Positions 8,558-19,666 of a stretch of DNA of 64,000 nt are shown here, piece by piece; position 1 is the first letter of the stretch, and every line of letters starts with the position of its first letter. This DNA comes from a virus. The stretch spans positions 1 to 64,000 of IMG/VR virus record IMGVR_UViG_3300042298_003235, one strand, 5' to 3'. Position numbers and translations under genes: made by a program. Below the pieces are notes generated by a model. It saw only the letters and a program-made list of their open reading frames with translations. It was not told the origin of the DNA and did no database searches.

Positions 8558-11500
8558 TCCGGTTAAAAAAGACAGCTTAGTAACTGAATTTTTAGGTCGT
8601 AGTGGTTCTACGTTAAGAGGTTCATCTACGTCGTCAAGAGTAGTCTCAGGAACTGCTGCGCAAATTGAACAAATATTTGGAACACCAGATAAGTTCATGG
8701 AAAGATACCAAACACTGCAGACAATGTATTCTACCTTTTTAGAGAATCCAGACATGTTGAGTAAATCTGCTTCTTCAAAAGCTTTGGAGTTAGCTAAGGC
8801 AACTGGAAGAATGGATCTAGGTTTACTGACACTAGATGCCAAACAAAGAATACAGCGATTTGCCGCAGAGGAAGTTTATAATCTTCCTACGTTAGTCCAA
8901 AGGTTTGGAATGCCCGGCAGAGATCTACCAAGTGGAAACGCATATAGAGCGTTAACGCAATATGACGTAAGAGACCCTCAAAGTCATCCTGCTCTGGCAA
9001 CTCTTTCAAGTATGTATTTTAATATTGATCCAAATAAATCTTTAATAGAATCTTTCGCTTATGCTATGAACCCTTTGTCTATGACCGAAATGGCATCTAA
9101 TGCTAATCAAATTTTACCTGGTCGGACAATTAAGTCCATTTGGACAAAGGCCTGGAGCAGGACTAACAAAAAGAATGTTAATTCTTGACTCAGAAACAAC
9201 TGGCCTTGGAGATAACTCTAGGATAAGATCTCTTGCAACAACAGAAGCAACAATGAGTGATACTGGAGACGTAGCAATAGGTGGGCCAAGTAGTATTAGG
9301 AAATTATTTTTTAGACAACCAGGGATGGAAGGTGGAGTGATACAAACTCCAGCTGGGCTAAGGAACTTAGCCGAAGGAGTTAACGAACTTGAGGGTGGAC
9401 TATCAATAGATGTCGCTAGAAACCCAGCAGCAGCAAGGGCTGCACTCGGTGCTGAAATGGAACACTATTTATCTTATGACACATTAGCAATTAAAAACGC
9501 ATCGTTCGACTTAAGACAGCTTATACAAACAGCTCAAAATACTCCAGGATATGAAACAGATAAAGCTTTTAGGGAAACAGTTTTAAAATTCTCCGAAAGA
9601 ATAAGTTCTGATCCAAGTTTTATAACTGATGTAGATTTTTCAGGCAGACTTTATATGAGTCAAAAATTTGATCAATACGCCACTAGCTTCATGGCTGCTG
9701 CAGCAACGCCGGGTAGCCCGGAAGCAGTTAGGCTATCTCAAATAGCTGGCTATGGAGTTGACATAACAGATGAACAACAGGTTCGTAGCGCATTATATGC
9801 AAGGACAGTCGGATCTGCTAAGTTATTCCAGGAAATTGATTTAGGTGGAAGTTTTACTCCTAATACAATGGAAAACTTAGGATTAACAACAAATCTTTTT
9901 GAATTAATACACGCAGAAGCAAGTAATTCATCTGCACCTGGATCAAACGCAGCAAAAAAAATTATGCAATTAATGGGAAGAGGTTCCCACATTGCAGAAA
10001 CAGACACATTACTAGCTGGATTCTACGCGCAATACGTAGCAACTGGAGATTTAGATTATTCTCCTGGGGATTTAAGCCATCTTCCCGTAGGCGCAAGAAA
10101 ATTCGTACAACAGGCAAGAAGAGTGTCTGCTCGTTCTGCAGCTCCAACTATGACTACAAATATAGCTGATGTTGAAAAGCTTTCTCAAGCATCAAAAAGA
10201 TTATTATCAACAGACTTAGGTAGAAGAGGCTTTAAGGTAGAAGCATCACTGGGTGATGTATTATCCGATATAGAGATAGCAGATAAGGCAGCTGCACTAG
10301 GAATATCTGAAGCAGAAGTTAGGGCAATGGAGGGTGTTGTATCTTACTCAAAAGGTACTAGAGACTCTAATGCTGGTTATAGATTTTCTTCTTTAGATCC
10401 AAGAATTATTGGTCCTGCGCCTCCACCTGGTTTGCCAACAGATGTAAACCTATATCCTGAAAATTTTACTCAATCAATACCAATACAAGACAGTGCCGCA
10501 ACTAGCCATATTGACAGGATTTTTGCAGACGCTCAAGATAGAAGCTTGGATGTTACTGAATCCTACGGTATACCTGGAATATCGGCAACTTATAATCCAG
10601 CTGCTCAAAAAATAATATCTACCGGAATTAATTTTGGTGAGCAGGGCGAAATAGATAGAATGCCGTTATCGGCACGCTATGGGTTTGGACAGCGTTTGAA
10701 TATGCCAGTTTCAGACTTTGATTCATACAAAGCTGGCATAGCTGGTATGGATGAAGATTCACTAATTCAGTCGTTAACTGCAACCTCAAGACTAACCGCA
10801 CCAAGTGGAACGCTCGCAGAAGAAATGAGAGGAAAAGCATTTGGTTCTTCTAGTGAAGATATTAATTTTGGTGGTGCGATAAGAAGAGGGTTAGAGACTG
10901 GACGAATTGAAGGAGCAGCTAGATTAGCTAGCGGAATAAATAACCCCTACGCTGGAGCAGATATAACAAGTAGGGCATTAAGCGTAGAATTAGCTAAAAC
11001 AACAGCAGCTGTAGGTAGATCTGCCTATTCAGCTTTTGCTACTCCAGGTTCTGGGGTAGCAGTTACAAAAAACTCAATGAGATTTATTAAGAACGCAGAC
11101 GTATTATCTGATTTGGGTCTACAAGTATTTAACCCTCAAGATATAACAAAAATAATGAGTGGTTCTTCTATAAGTTCAAAAATATTGGTTGGTAGAGATG
11201 TTTTTGAAAGAATGGAAGTTAATGTTGCTGGAGCGGGTGGATTAGTTGAAAGAATGAAACTTTCAGATGCATTGATAGGTACACCCGGTACACAAATTTT
11301 ACAATCAACAGGCTTAAGCGTAGGCGACACGGTATTACCAGAACACGTAGTCAGCACTGCTGCAGAAATGAATAAAGTAAGATTATCAAAAGTAACTGGT
11401 CAAGATACAATAAATGCATTTCTTGGTGGGCAAGGAGCTTATACTCAAAAGCAATCAGACGTGTTAGCATCATCATTACTGGAAGCCGCTGAGTCAGTGG

Positions 11501-12337
11501 CTAGTGCTTCAGACTTAGGTGGTATAGGAACGGGAATTTCATCAGATTATGCAGCAGAAGGTGTTTCTGATGGGACAAAACAATTAAGAGATTTGCAAGC
11601 TTTTATAAATTCAGGAGATAGAGAAGCAGCACTAACTGCTGTTAAAGAAAAAATAGAGACTGGTGGTTTAGGCGTTGCTAGAATAACTAATGACGTGGCG
11701 GCAAGTGCAGAAAATACATTAGGGGCAGTTGCAGAGCGGAAGCGGAAATGATATGTTAACCGCTGGAAGAACTTCTAGACTTATAGACATGGATGAAACA
11801 GCAGTAGTCTTGTCCCCATTTGAAAATGCAGAAAATACAGGATTAGCTATGGAGTTAACCCCAGCTGAAATGGCAGCTAGATCATCTGCTCAAGACAAAC
11901 AAGCCATAGGTATAGCAAATCAATTATCTGACACTATAGACGAATCAAAAACTTTAAGGTCAGGAATAACTAGCGAACTTAGTTCTTTAAAGGTAGGAAT
12001 AAACTACGCTGACAGATCTAGAAACGTTAGGCAAATGTACGCAAACTATAAAAAACCAGTAGGAATTGGTTTAGCAGCTGCAGCTATTGTTGGAGCTGGT
12101 TACTATATGTATAACAAGTCAAAAAATGAAACAAACCCATACGACGAAGTTATGGATCAGCAAGAGACTATGCCTGGAAGAGCACCAAGAACAGATATTT
12201 ATGATCCAGTCCCAGTTCAGGCTTATAGCCAAATAAATGACCCATTAGCTACAGCTGGAGTTGTTGGAAATTTAGATAGATCAAAAATAGGTCACACAAG
12301 AATGGGACCAAATAAATATGATTACTTATATAATTAA
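8544..12337 (+). CDS. ~1263 aa protein with DEDDh exonuclease-like motifs and a C-terminal TM segment; needs two +1 events (CGGA 9123-9126 and 11737-11740 or 11743-11746)
   Basis: Three overlapping ORFs in successive +1 frames; ILDSETTG, KNASFD and SHIAETD motifs; length 3n+2. Confidence 0.7.
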
Positions 12338-12348
12338 AGGAAAATAAA

Positions 12349-13008
12349 ATGGCGTTAAACATAGGCAGAGCCATTAGAGGAGCAGGTAAACTTTCTGGTA
12401 GAGCAGCATCTTCTACCGCAAAAAACACTGGCGTTAGAAAAGCTGGCATGGGGATGCTTCTTGGTGGAGCAGCAGTTGCTGGTGTTATTAGTGGGTCAAA
12501 AAGTTTAGTTGATGGGGCTTTCGATGTTGCTTTTGATAATCCAGAGGCAGACAGAGCATTTACTGGTGGAGACATAGGTCCTGGATATATTTCATCTCAA
12601 ATAGTTGGCGGACCAATAGGGGCAGCAGGAAAAGCTCTTGGCCCAGTAGGTCAAGCAGCAGGCGCAGCAGCAGCAGGGCCAGTAGCAGTTGGCGGAGGAA
12701 TGTTAGCTGGGGTGGGAACAGTAGGTCTTGCTGGATCAGCATTAGCATATGGGGCAAGCGAATTAATAGGCAAGGGTGAGAATCTGGCTGCAAAAAAACT
12801 GTTTAAAAGAGGTATGTTAGGATCTGGAACAGTAGCAGGGATTGGTGGAGCAGCAATGCTCGGCTCTGCTTACGCAGCAAAAAAGCTAGTTTCAAAGATG
12901 TCTACAAGTCCATACGCAAATAGAAGATCTAGTAAAAACCAAGAAGAAAGACTTGGAGCTAGCGGAAGCATTGTTCTCGGAATGCAAAACTCCAGAAGAG
13001 GTTACTAA
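12349..13008 (+). CDS. Gly/Ala-rich hydrophobic protein, putative virion-internal/ejection protein
   Basis: Composition and position. Confidence 0.65.
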   Translation: MALNIGRAIRGAGKLSGRAASSTAKNTGVRKAGMGMLLGGAAVAGVISGSKSLVDGAFDVAFDNPEADRAFTGGDIGPGYISSQIVGGPIGAAGKALGPVGQAAGAAAAGPVAVGGGMLAGVGTVGLAGSALAYGASELIGKGENLAAKKLFKRGMLGSGTVAGIGGAAMLGSAYAAKKLVSKMSTSPYANRRSSKNQEERLGASGSIVLGMQNSRRGY

Positions 13009-15152
13009 TGCCTATTGACCCAATGACCGGACAAAACTTACCGTATCCTGGAGATTATAGTTCTTCTGGTATCCCTGGCCAGGTAACTGGCATGACTACA
13101 AGATCACAAAGTAGTTTATTTAACGACGTTCAAAGCAGCCAACCAGGGCTTATGTCTATGTTTGCCTTTAACTCTAGAAGAGGCGCTAACACCATAATGA
13201 AAGGTGGCTTCCTAGATACCAATAGAGATAGTAGGCTCTTTAAAAGAAATGACTCTCTTAATAGAATGGTTGGTTCTGGTTCCTCAAGACGCGCAACTGG
13301 ACTACAGGCTTCGCACATAGACGGTCGTGGAGCAAGATTTGGTAGAGGTTCATACGTTGGCACAATAGGACGTAGAAACGCCAAAATGGCAAAGATGACA
13401 GATGCTTTGGCGGATACCACTGGTAAATTAAATGCGTCTGCACCAAGAATGAGACCTTTTATAAAGAACCACTTAGACCCAAGGGCTTTAAATAGGTTCC
13501 ATTCTGTAACGGCATTAACTGGTGCAAAAAACGCTTATAGTCCTTTTACTGGTTTAAATGATATTGGTGAAAAATTATTTAGTGGAGAAAAATATAAAAA
13601 ACTAGTTGGTGGTACAGTTGGTGACGACACTAGAATGATGGGTGGCGGAGCATTTGGTATGCTTAGGGCTGCTACCCAAACTGACGCCATTGAAAGAAAA
13701 ATAGCAAAAAGAACAGCTTCAGGCAAAGATACTACAAGGCTTACAAAAAGGCTAGGTAAAGCTAGGCAATCTATATCAGACATAGCAAGGTCAACTACTC
13801 CTGGCTTTGACCCATTTAATATGGCTACAACAACTGTCAAAGATTTGCAGATTGCTCAAGTTAGCGGAAGGTCTACTCCATTCCAACAAGCAAGTCCGAC
13901 TAAAAAGATTAACCCAGCAACTGGAACAACGCGATTTAGAAATCCAACAACTGGAAGATTTGAAAATAGGTTTAAAACACAACAACCATACTTTAGAAAT
14001 AGGATGGGAACGCCAGCTGCTCCTCCAGGAGGAGTGGGTCCACCAGCACCTCCTGGGGTAACCGCTTCATCAAACGCAAAGATAATAAGAGGTAGTGGTG
14101 GTGGCTACAGTGCGGTTTTGGATGATGGATCGTCTAGGTTTATAAGCCAAGACGTAGGCTCTAAATTTTTCAAAGATGGTGTAGGTTCTACTGGAAACGC
14201 TCTAGCATCATCTGCAAGAGGAGAGCTAACAAAAAGAATGTTGGGTTATGCTCGTGGAGCTCAAGGTTTTGCCGAAGCAGGCAACTTATCTGGACAAGCT
14301 TTAGCTGGAGCAAGGTCAGCAGTAAACGACGCTGCTACATTAATGAGTAGAATGGATGCAGCTGGAGTAGAGGTCCGTAGATCAGGTGGAAGCAAGGCTG
14401 CAAAAATAGCTGATATTAGATCTAGTAGAACAGCAATACATACAACAGCACAAGAGCTTCTCGAAATGCAAAGTCAAGTTGGCGCAGCAGGAAAAAACGC
14501 AGGGAAAACATTAACATTAGATTCTTTTAATGCAAACAAAAAAGCAGCACTTAAAGCTGGTGGTCCTACTCAGGCCTTTAAGACTATAGCTGATGATATA
14601 CTTAGTGTTATACCTGGGGCCCCAGGGTCTGCCACGGCAGCTAGTTCAGTAGCAGTAAACACAAATATGGCGACAGGAACTGGAGCTAAAAAGTTTCTTA
14701 CAGCTGACGTAACTGAAGCTGTAATAGGCAAAAAAGCTGGCTTGATGGCTGGTCAAGAAATGCTAGAGCAAGGTCTTCTCAAAACCTATGGGGTAAGAGG
14801 AGCTGCACAGATAGCTAGGTACGGAGGTAAAGAAGGTGCTAAACTAGTAGGTGCTAGAGTCGGCGTAGCTGCATTAAACTTTGCTAACCCAATATTAACT
14901 GCAGCAGCAGTGTATGATATAAGTAAGATGGCTGCAACCGCAGTTATAGGCGGAGGAGCCAGATTTGCAAGGGATGCCATGAAATCTATGCAGGGAAGCA
15001 TTAATAAGCCTGCTTTTGGCATGGGTTATGTTGATAACGAGGTTGCTGCGACTTCAAGAGCAAGAGGCGTTGCTGCAATACAAAACTCTAGACTAAACGC
15101 AAGGAGTGCTTTAGGTTCTGAAGCCGGAATGATGGCTTCCCATTTTGGATAA
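13008..15152 (+). CDS. Large basic Gly/Ala-rich protein, putative virion protein
   Basis: 714 aa ORF translationally coupled (TAATG) to the previous gene. Confidence 0.7.
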   Translation: MPIDPMTGQNLPYPGDYSSSGIPGQVTGMTTRSQSSLFNDVQSSQPGLMSMFAFNSRRGANTIMKGGFLDTNRDSRLFKRNDSLNRMVGSGSSRRATGLQASHIDGRGARFGRGSYVGTIGRRNAKMAKMTDALADTTGKLNASAPRMRPFIKNHLDPRALNRFHSVTALTGAKNAYSPFTGLNDIGEKLFSGEKYKKLVGGTVGDDTRMMGGGAFGMLRAATQTDAIERKIAKRTASGKDTTRLTKRLGKARQSISDIARSTTPGFDPFNMATTTVKDLQIAQVSGRSTPFQQASPTKKINPATGTTRFRNPTTGRFENRFKTQQPYFRNRMGTPAAPPGGVGPPAPPGVTASSNAKIIRGSGGGYSAVLDDGSSRFISQDVGSKFFKDGVGSTGNALASSARGELTKRMLGYARGAQGFAEAGNLSGQALAGARSAVNDAATLMSRMDAAGVEVRRSGGSKAAKIADIRSSRTAIHTTAQELLEMQSQVGAAGKNAGKTLTLDSFNANKKAALKAGGPTQAFKTIADDILSVIPGAPGSATAASSVAVNTNMATGTGAKKFLTADVTEAVIGKKAGLMAGQEMLEQGLLKTYGVRGAAQIARYGGKEGAKLVGARVGVAALNFANPILTAAAVYDISKMAATAVIGGGARFARDAMKSMQGSINKPAFGMGYVDNEVAATSRARGVAAIQNSRLNARSALGSEAGMMASHFG

Positions 15153-15157
15153 TTATC

Positions 15158-17023
15158 ATGACTAGCTTAAAAGATAAGACTAAAAATTTTAGAGAAAGAT
15201 TAGAAGCTCTTCCTAGAGAAGATCTTCTTGAGATCCTAAAAGCACAAGACCCAGAAATTATAAAACAAGTAAACAGAATAGAATGGGTCTTTGCTAATAA
15301 ATTAACTCACGTTAACTGGTCAGACGGATCACCCATTGAGTCTAGGCCATTAACTAATAGAGAATTATCATTATTAGTAGATGAGCCATTTGAGGTTGAT
15401 AATAATTTGCTAAATGCCGGGCTATCTTCTGAGCAGCAAAGGCAATTACACTACGCAAAAGATCCTTGTCTATGGGCTAAGCATTTCTTGGGTGTAGAAA
15501 CTAGAGTTTACCAAACTCTGATTTTAAGAGACCCAGCATTAAGAAAAGTTTTAAGAGCTGGTCGTCGTTTAGGTAAAACTTTTACAATGGCAGTTTATCT
15601 TTTGCATTACAGCTACACGCATAGAGACGGAAGATGTCTTGTTATTGCGCCAATGAAATCTCACGTGGAATTAATCTACCAAGAAATGGTTAGATTAGCT
15701 ACAAAAAATAATATAGTCCTTGATTCCATAACAAGAAAAGTAACTAGCCCTCAGTTTATGATTCAGTTTTCTAATGGATCAACAATTAGATTCTTCACAT
15801 CAGGAATGAGATCTGGAGGCAAGTCAGACGTTGCTCGTGGTCAGGAAGCTCACGTAATTGTGCTTGACGAAATGGACTACATGCACAATGATGACCTTGA
15901 CGCGCTATACGCAATGCTCCAGAAAACCGCTGAAGACCAACCAGACAAAGTTTTAATAGCAGCATCTACCCCAACTGGTCGTAGAGAAAAATTCTGGGAA
16001 TGGTGTAGGAATCCTAGGTTTAAGGAATTTTGGTTTCCATCATACGCAAACCCATTCTTTAGTAAAGAACAAGAAGATGAATTTAGAGAACAATATTCCG
16101 AAATGGGATATCGCCACGAAATCGAAGCAGACTGGGGAGAAGACTCAGAAGGAGTGTATCCAAGAAGATACGTTGACTTAGCTTTTATAGATCCAGGTTG
16201 GTCTTACATACCAACTATAACTTCGGCACGAAGTTTCCATGTTATTGGAGTTGACTGGGACAAATATGGAGCCGGAACAAACATAGTAGTATTAGAAGTT
16301 TGTTCTGAAAACTATGAAGAAGCAGAATTTAGAGGCAAGATAAAACTTTGCTTTAGAGAAGAAATAGAAAAGTCTGAATATACATTAACTAAGGCTGTAG
16401 CTAGAATTATAGAACTCAACACAATGTTGAACCCAAAACACATATATGTGGACAGAGGCTATGGTGAAGTACAAGTTGAGCTGTTGCGTAAGCATGGTGT
16501 AGAAAATCCAAATACTGGATTAAAAGAAAAAGTAAAAGGCGTCAGCTTTGCAGAGACAATAGACATCAGAGACCCTTACACTAAGCTAATGGTCAAAAAA
16601 GAGTTAAAGCCTTTTATGGTTGATAACTTAAGACAATTTCTAGAAAGAGAACAATTGTGTATTCCCGCATCTGACGATGACATGTTTATGCAATTAATAT
16701 CTTATGTCGTAGTAAGAACCACCCAAACTGGAAGACCTGTCTTTGAAGCTGGTGGTTCTGCAGTTGATCACGCGCACGATGCTTTGATATTAGCATTACT
16801 GGCAATTACCCAAAACTATGGAGAGTTCAGTAAAGCTAAGTATGCTATGAATACAGAAAGTATATCGAATACATTTTTTATGCCGGAAGAACAACTAGTT
16901 TCTTCGACTAATACTTTAGATAATCAACAAAGAGTTGGAAGAGCAGACAAAATTAATGTTGGTACACCCAAAGCGGGATTTAGAAAAAAAACAACCGCTA
17001 AGATAAAAAGAAATATGTTTTAG
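15158..17023 (+). CDS. terL: Terminase large subunit
   Basis: Walker A AGRRLGKT, Walker B IVLDEMD, ASTPTG motif, nuclease GVDWD...DHAHDA. Confidence 0.93.
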   Translation: MTSLKDKTKNFRERLEALPREDLLEILKAQDPEIIKQVNRIEWVFANKLTHVNWSDGSPIESRPLTNRELSLLVDEPFEVDNNLLNAGLSSEQQRQLHYAKDPCLWAKHFLGVETRVYQTLILRDPALRKVLRAGRRLGKTFTMAVYLLHYSYTHRDGRCLVIAPMKSHVELIYQEMVRLATKNNIVLDSITRKVTSPQFMIQFSNGSTIRFFTSGMRSGGKSDVARGQEAHVIVLDEMDYMHNDDLDALYAMLQKTAEDQPDKVLIAASTPTGRREKFWEWCRNPRFKEFWFPSYANPFFSKEQEDEFREQYSEMGYRHEIEADWGEDSEGVYPRRYVDLAFIDPGWSYIPTITSARSFHVIGVDWDKYGAGTNIVVLEVCSENYEEAEFRGKIKLCFREEIEKSEYTLTKAVARIIELNTMLNPKHIYVDRGYGEVQVELLRKHGVENPNTGLKEKVKGVSFAETIDIRDPYTKLMVKKELKPFMVDNLRQFLEREQLCIPASDDDMFMQLISYVVVRTTQTGRPVFEAGGSAVDHAHDALILALLAITQNYGEFSKAKYAMNTESISNTFFMPEEQLVSSTNTLDNQQRVGRADKINVGTPKAGFRKKTTAKIKRNMF

Positions 17024-17031
17024 GAGAAATT

Positions 17032-18654
17032 ATGTCAGTAAATATGCCGAACGTCCCACAGTCACCAAATTTATTTGATACTAACCCACCATTTGAAACA
17101 AGTGGGTTGACTTCTAGCGAACTAATGGATATGGCTATGCAAAGACAGCCAGACCTAAGAACAATGAATCATTATTTAGGTTCAATGACAGAAGTCATCC
17201 CTAGGGGTAATGTTTTGGCAGAAATAGCTGATGCAATAATGTCAATGAGTAAAGTTATTGGAGAAATAGAAGCATTGCTAGATATTACTTATTTAGATAG
17301 TTCTTTGTCTCCAGATTTAGAAGAAGCACATAATCAAGTGTGGTCAGAAGTGGTAAATGCTGCAAAAACAGAAGTTTCAGATATTATAACAATATCTCAA
17401 AAACCAGCACCTAACTACATAAGTTACCAAGAATACCTTTACGCTGTAGATCATCAGTGTAGGGGCTGTAGAGCATTAGTAATGGAGTACGACGCTTATG
17501 TCGGTAAAACTACATTAAGTTTTTACTATGACATTAAGACATTTATATCGTACATGCATTACGAGATGCTACGCATGAACAACGTCATGCTGTATACGAT
17601 AGGGGATGAATACGACGATGATACAGAAAAAAAGGTCGCAAAAGAATTCTACCAATGGGCAAAAACGTGTAAAGAATATACGAAACTCTTTGCCCGTGAA
17701 ATCTTCTCAGGCCCACCTGAACTCCCCCAATCCGAGGTGGATAATGTCACTCAAATCCAAGCAGCACAATTTGAAGCATTTTTTTCGATCAGAATAAACT
17801 CTTACCAATCAGAAACAAAAAAACTTTTAGGTTTGGCAAAAAGAGAAATGGTAGATACATGCGACATGTATTATGACAATTTCTTATCTCCAGCTATTAA
17901 GTCAAGAAGCTTAGTCGCGTATCCTTTAGAGCTTTCTTTGTTATCTAGCAGCATGAGAACAAAGTCTCCTAACTTAGCTAAAGAAGTTGTTATAGCAGCT
18001 TCTTCTATTAATGGAAACTTAGCATCTTTATTGGCTGACTTAAGAGATAAAAGAATCAACGCAGATAAAAAGATATCTGGCGTCTTAGCTATGATTAGAG
18101 AAAAAAGAAGATACATTTCTTATACAAGACAACTAAAGTTTGTTTCTGGCACTAAGTCCGAAAGATATTTTATTGATGTTCCCTATGACGAATATGCCGG
18201 GTATTTTGAGCAAGCTTCAGTTAATAATGAAAAGCATGAAACATTAAACTCAAGTCATAAATATTTTACTGACTTATTAGAAGACAACCATCCTCAATAC
18301 TTGTTGAGATCTGGTGGAGTTATTACTGGTGATATAACTATCTCAGAAGGGTCCACAATAGGAGGTCTAGATTTAGCTAACCATAGTCACTCAGCAGCCG
18401 ATGGCTCATCTCCCATAAGAGCTAGTTCGGTAGACTATTCTCAGGATAGAATAGATAAACAATTTTTAGAAAACTTTACAGATCCAGACAATCCTGTTTC
18501 TGTATCTGTAGATTCTTATAACCCAGAAATTTTAACTGGCGGTGTCCCAGTTGTTGATGTTATAATAAGTGCTAGCTTAGGCCTTGAATCAGCCGAAGGA
18601 ATTGACAATGAAAGATTTAACATGATTGTCGAATATGTGGAATTAGAGGATTAG
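17032..18654 (+). CDS. Hypothetical structural-region protein
   Basis: 540 aa; RBS AGGAGA. Confidence 0.7.
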   Translation: MSVNMPNVPQSPNLFDTNPPFETSGLTSSELMDMAMQRQPDLRTMNHYLGSMTEVIPRGNVLAEIADAIMSMSKVIGEIEALLDITYLDSSLSPDLEEAHNQVWSEVVNAAKTEVSDIITISQKPAPNYISYQEYLYAVDHQCRGCRALVMEYDAYVGKTTLSFYYDIKTFISYMHYEMLRMNNVMLYTIGDEYDDDTEKKVAKEFYQWAKTCKEYTKLFAREIFSGPPELPQSEVDNVTQIQAAQFEAFFSIRINSYQSETKKLLGLAKREMVDTCDMYYDNFLSPAIKSRSLVAYPLELSLLSSSMRTKSPNLAKEVVIAASSINGNLASLLADLRDKRINADKKISGVLAMIREKRRYISYTRQLKFVSGTKSERYFIDVPYDEYAGYFEQASVNNEKHETLNSSHKYFTDLLEDNHPQYLLRSGGVITGDITISEGSTIGGLDLANHSHSAADGSSPIRASSVDYSQDRIDKQFLENFTDPDNPVSVSVDSYNPEILTGGVPVVDVIISASLGLESAEGIDNERFNMIVEYVELED

Positions 18655-18656
18655 TC

Positions 18657-19658
18657 ATGTCTTGGTTTAACTATTTATCAAGGGATGGATCATTCGACGA
18701 CGTAAATGCAAGATATATCTTTCCACCAATGAGAAACGAAATTAAGATTAGTGCTCCGTATTATGATATAGAGCCAAATAATTTACTGGTAGTCAAAATA
18801 AACGATGATTCTTTTTATACTAAAGTAGATAAGAATAAAACAAAAACAACAGACAACAAACAATATGTTGTTGTATATCAAAGTGACCCTACTAGCAATA
18901 TATTTAAAGTTGTAAAATCTAATATTATTAATTCTACTTTGTATTTTTTAAGTGGCGATACCCACAAACAGGGAACCGCAATAAATGAAAAATATCATAT
19001 ATATTACGGCAATTCTTATATAAAATATGTAGAACCAGTTACGCACTCAGGCGTAGTAAAGTACAAACAAATTAGTCAAGCAAATATTACTTCTTTTACT
19101 AACACGCCGGCAAATCTTCTAACAGCAGATTACAACTTGAACATATCGACGATAGCAAGCTATCTAACTACAGTTGATGCCAAGAATGACGCAACTGATG
19201 GTTCTCCAGTTTTTTCTTACTATAACCAAACAACTGATTGGCTTGAGTACAAATCTAATAATCCTGGGTCAAAAGTGACCGGTTCTTTTAAGGGCCCTAT
19301 ACTTCAATTAACCGCGCAGACTTTAAAAAATGGTGGAAAATTTAAACTTAAAATTATCAAAAAAGCCATAACAACAAATGATTACGCTAATGATACTTCA
19401 ATTACTATTGAAGAAAAAGAAGTCGTGAGCAATGTAATTATAAACCTAGCTTCCAATGAAAGTGTTTCAAAGTTAGTTTACGAGATAGACACACTAGAAT
19501 ACAGCGAAGAATATTATTTTGTTATAGAAGTAATAGAACAAGATAATATTAACCAAGCAGATACTGTTGTCCAGTTTATAAATTTTAAATATCTAGAAGG
19601 ACCAGTAGCTACATTGGATTCCAAAGAATACTCTAGTGTACTTTCATTTAAATCTTAA
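18657..19658 (+). CDS. Hypothetical beta-rich virion protein
   Basis: 333 aa ORF. Confidence 0.65.
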   Translation: MSWFNYLSRDGSFDDVNARYIFPPMRNEIKISAPYYDIEPNNLLVVKINDDSFYTKVDKNKTKTTDNKQYVVVYQSDPTSNIFKVVKSNIINSTLYFLSGDTHKQGTAINEKYHIYYGNSYIKYVEPVTHSGVVKYKQISQANITSFTNTPANLLTADYNLNISTIASYLTTVDAKNDATDGSPVFSYYNQTTDWLEYKSNNPGSKVTGSFKGPILQLTAQTLKNGGKFKLKIIKKAITTNDYANDTSITIEEKEVVSNVIINLASNESVSKLVYEIDTLEYSEEYYFVIEVIEQDNINQADTVVQFINFKYLEGPVATLDSKEYSSVLSFKS

Positions 19659-19666
19659 GGAGAATC

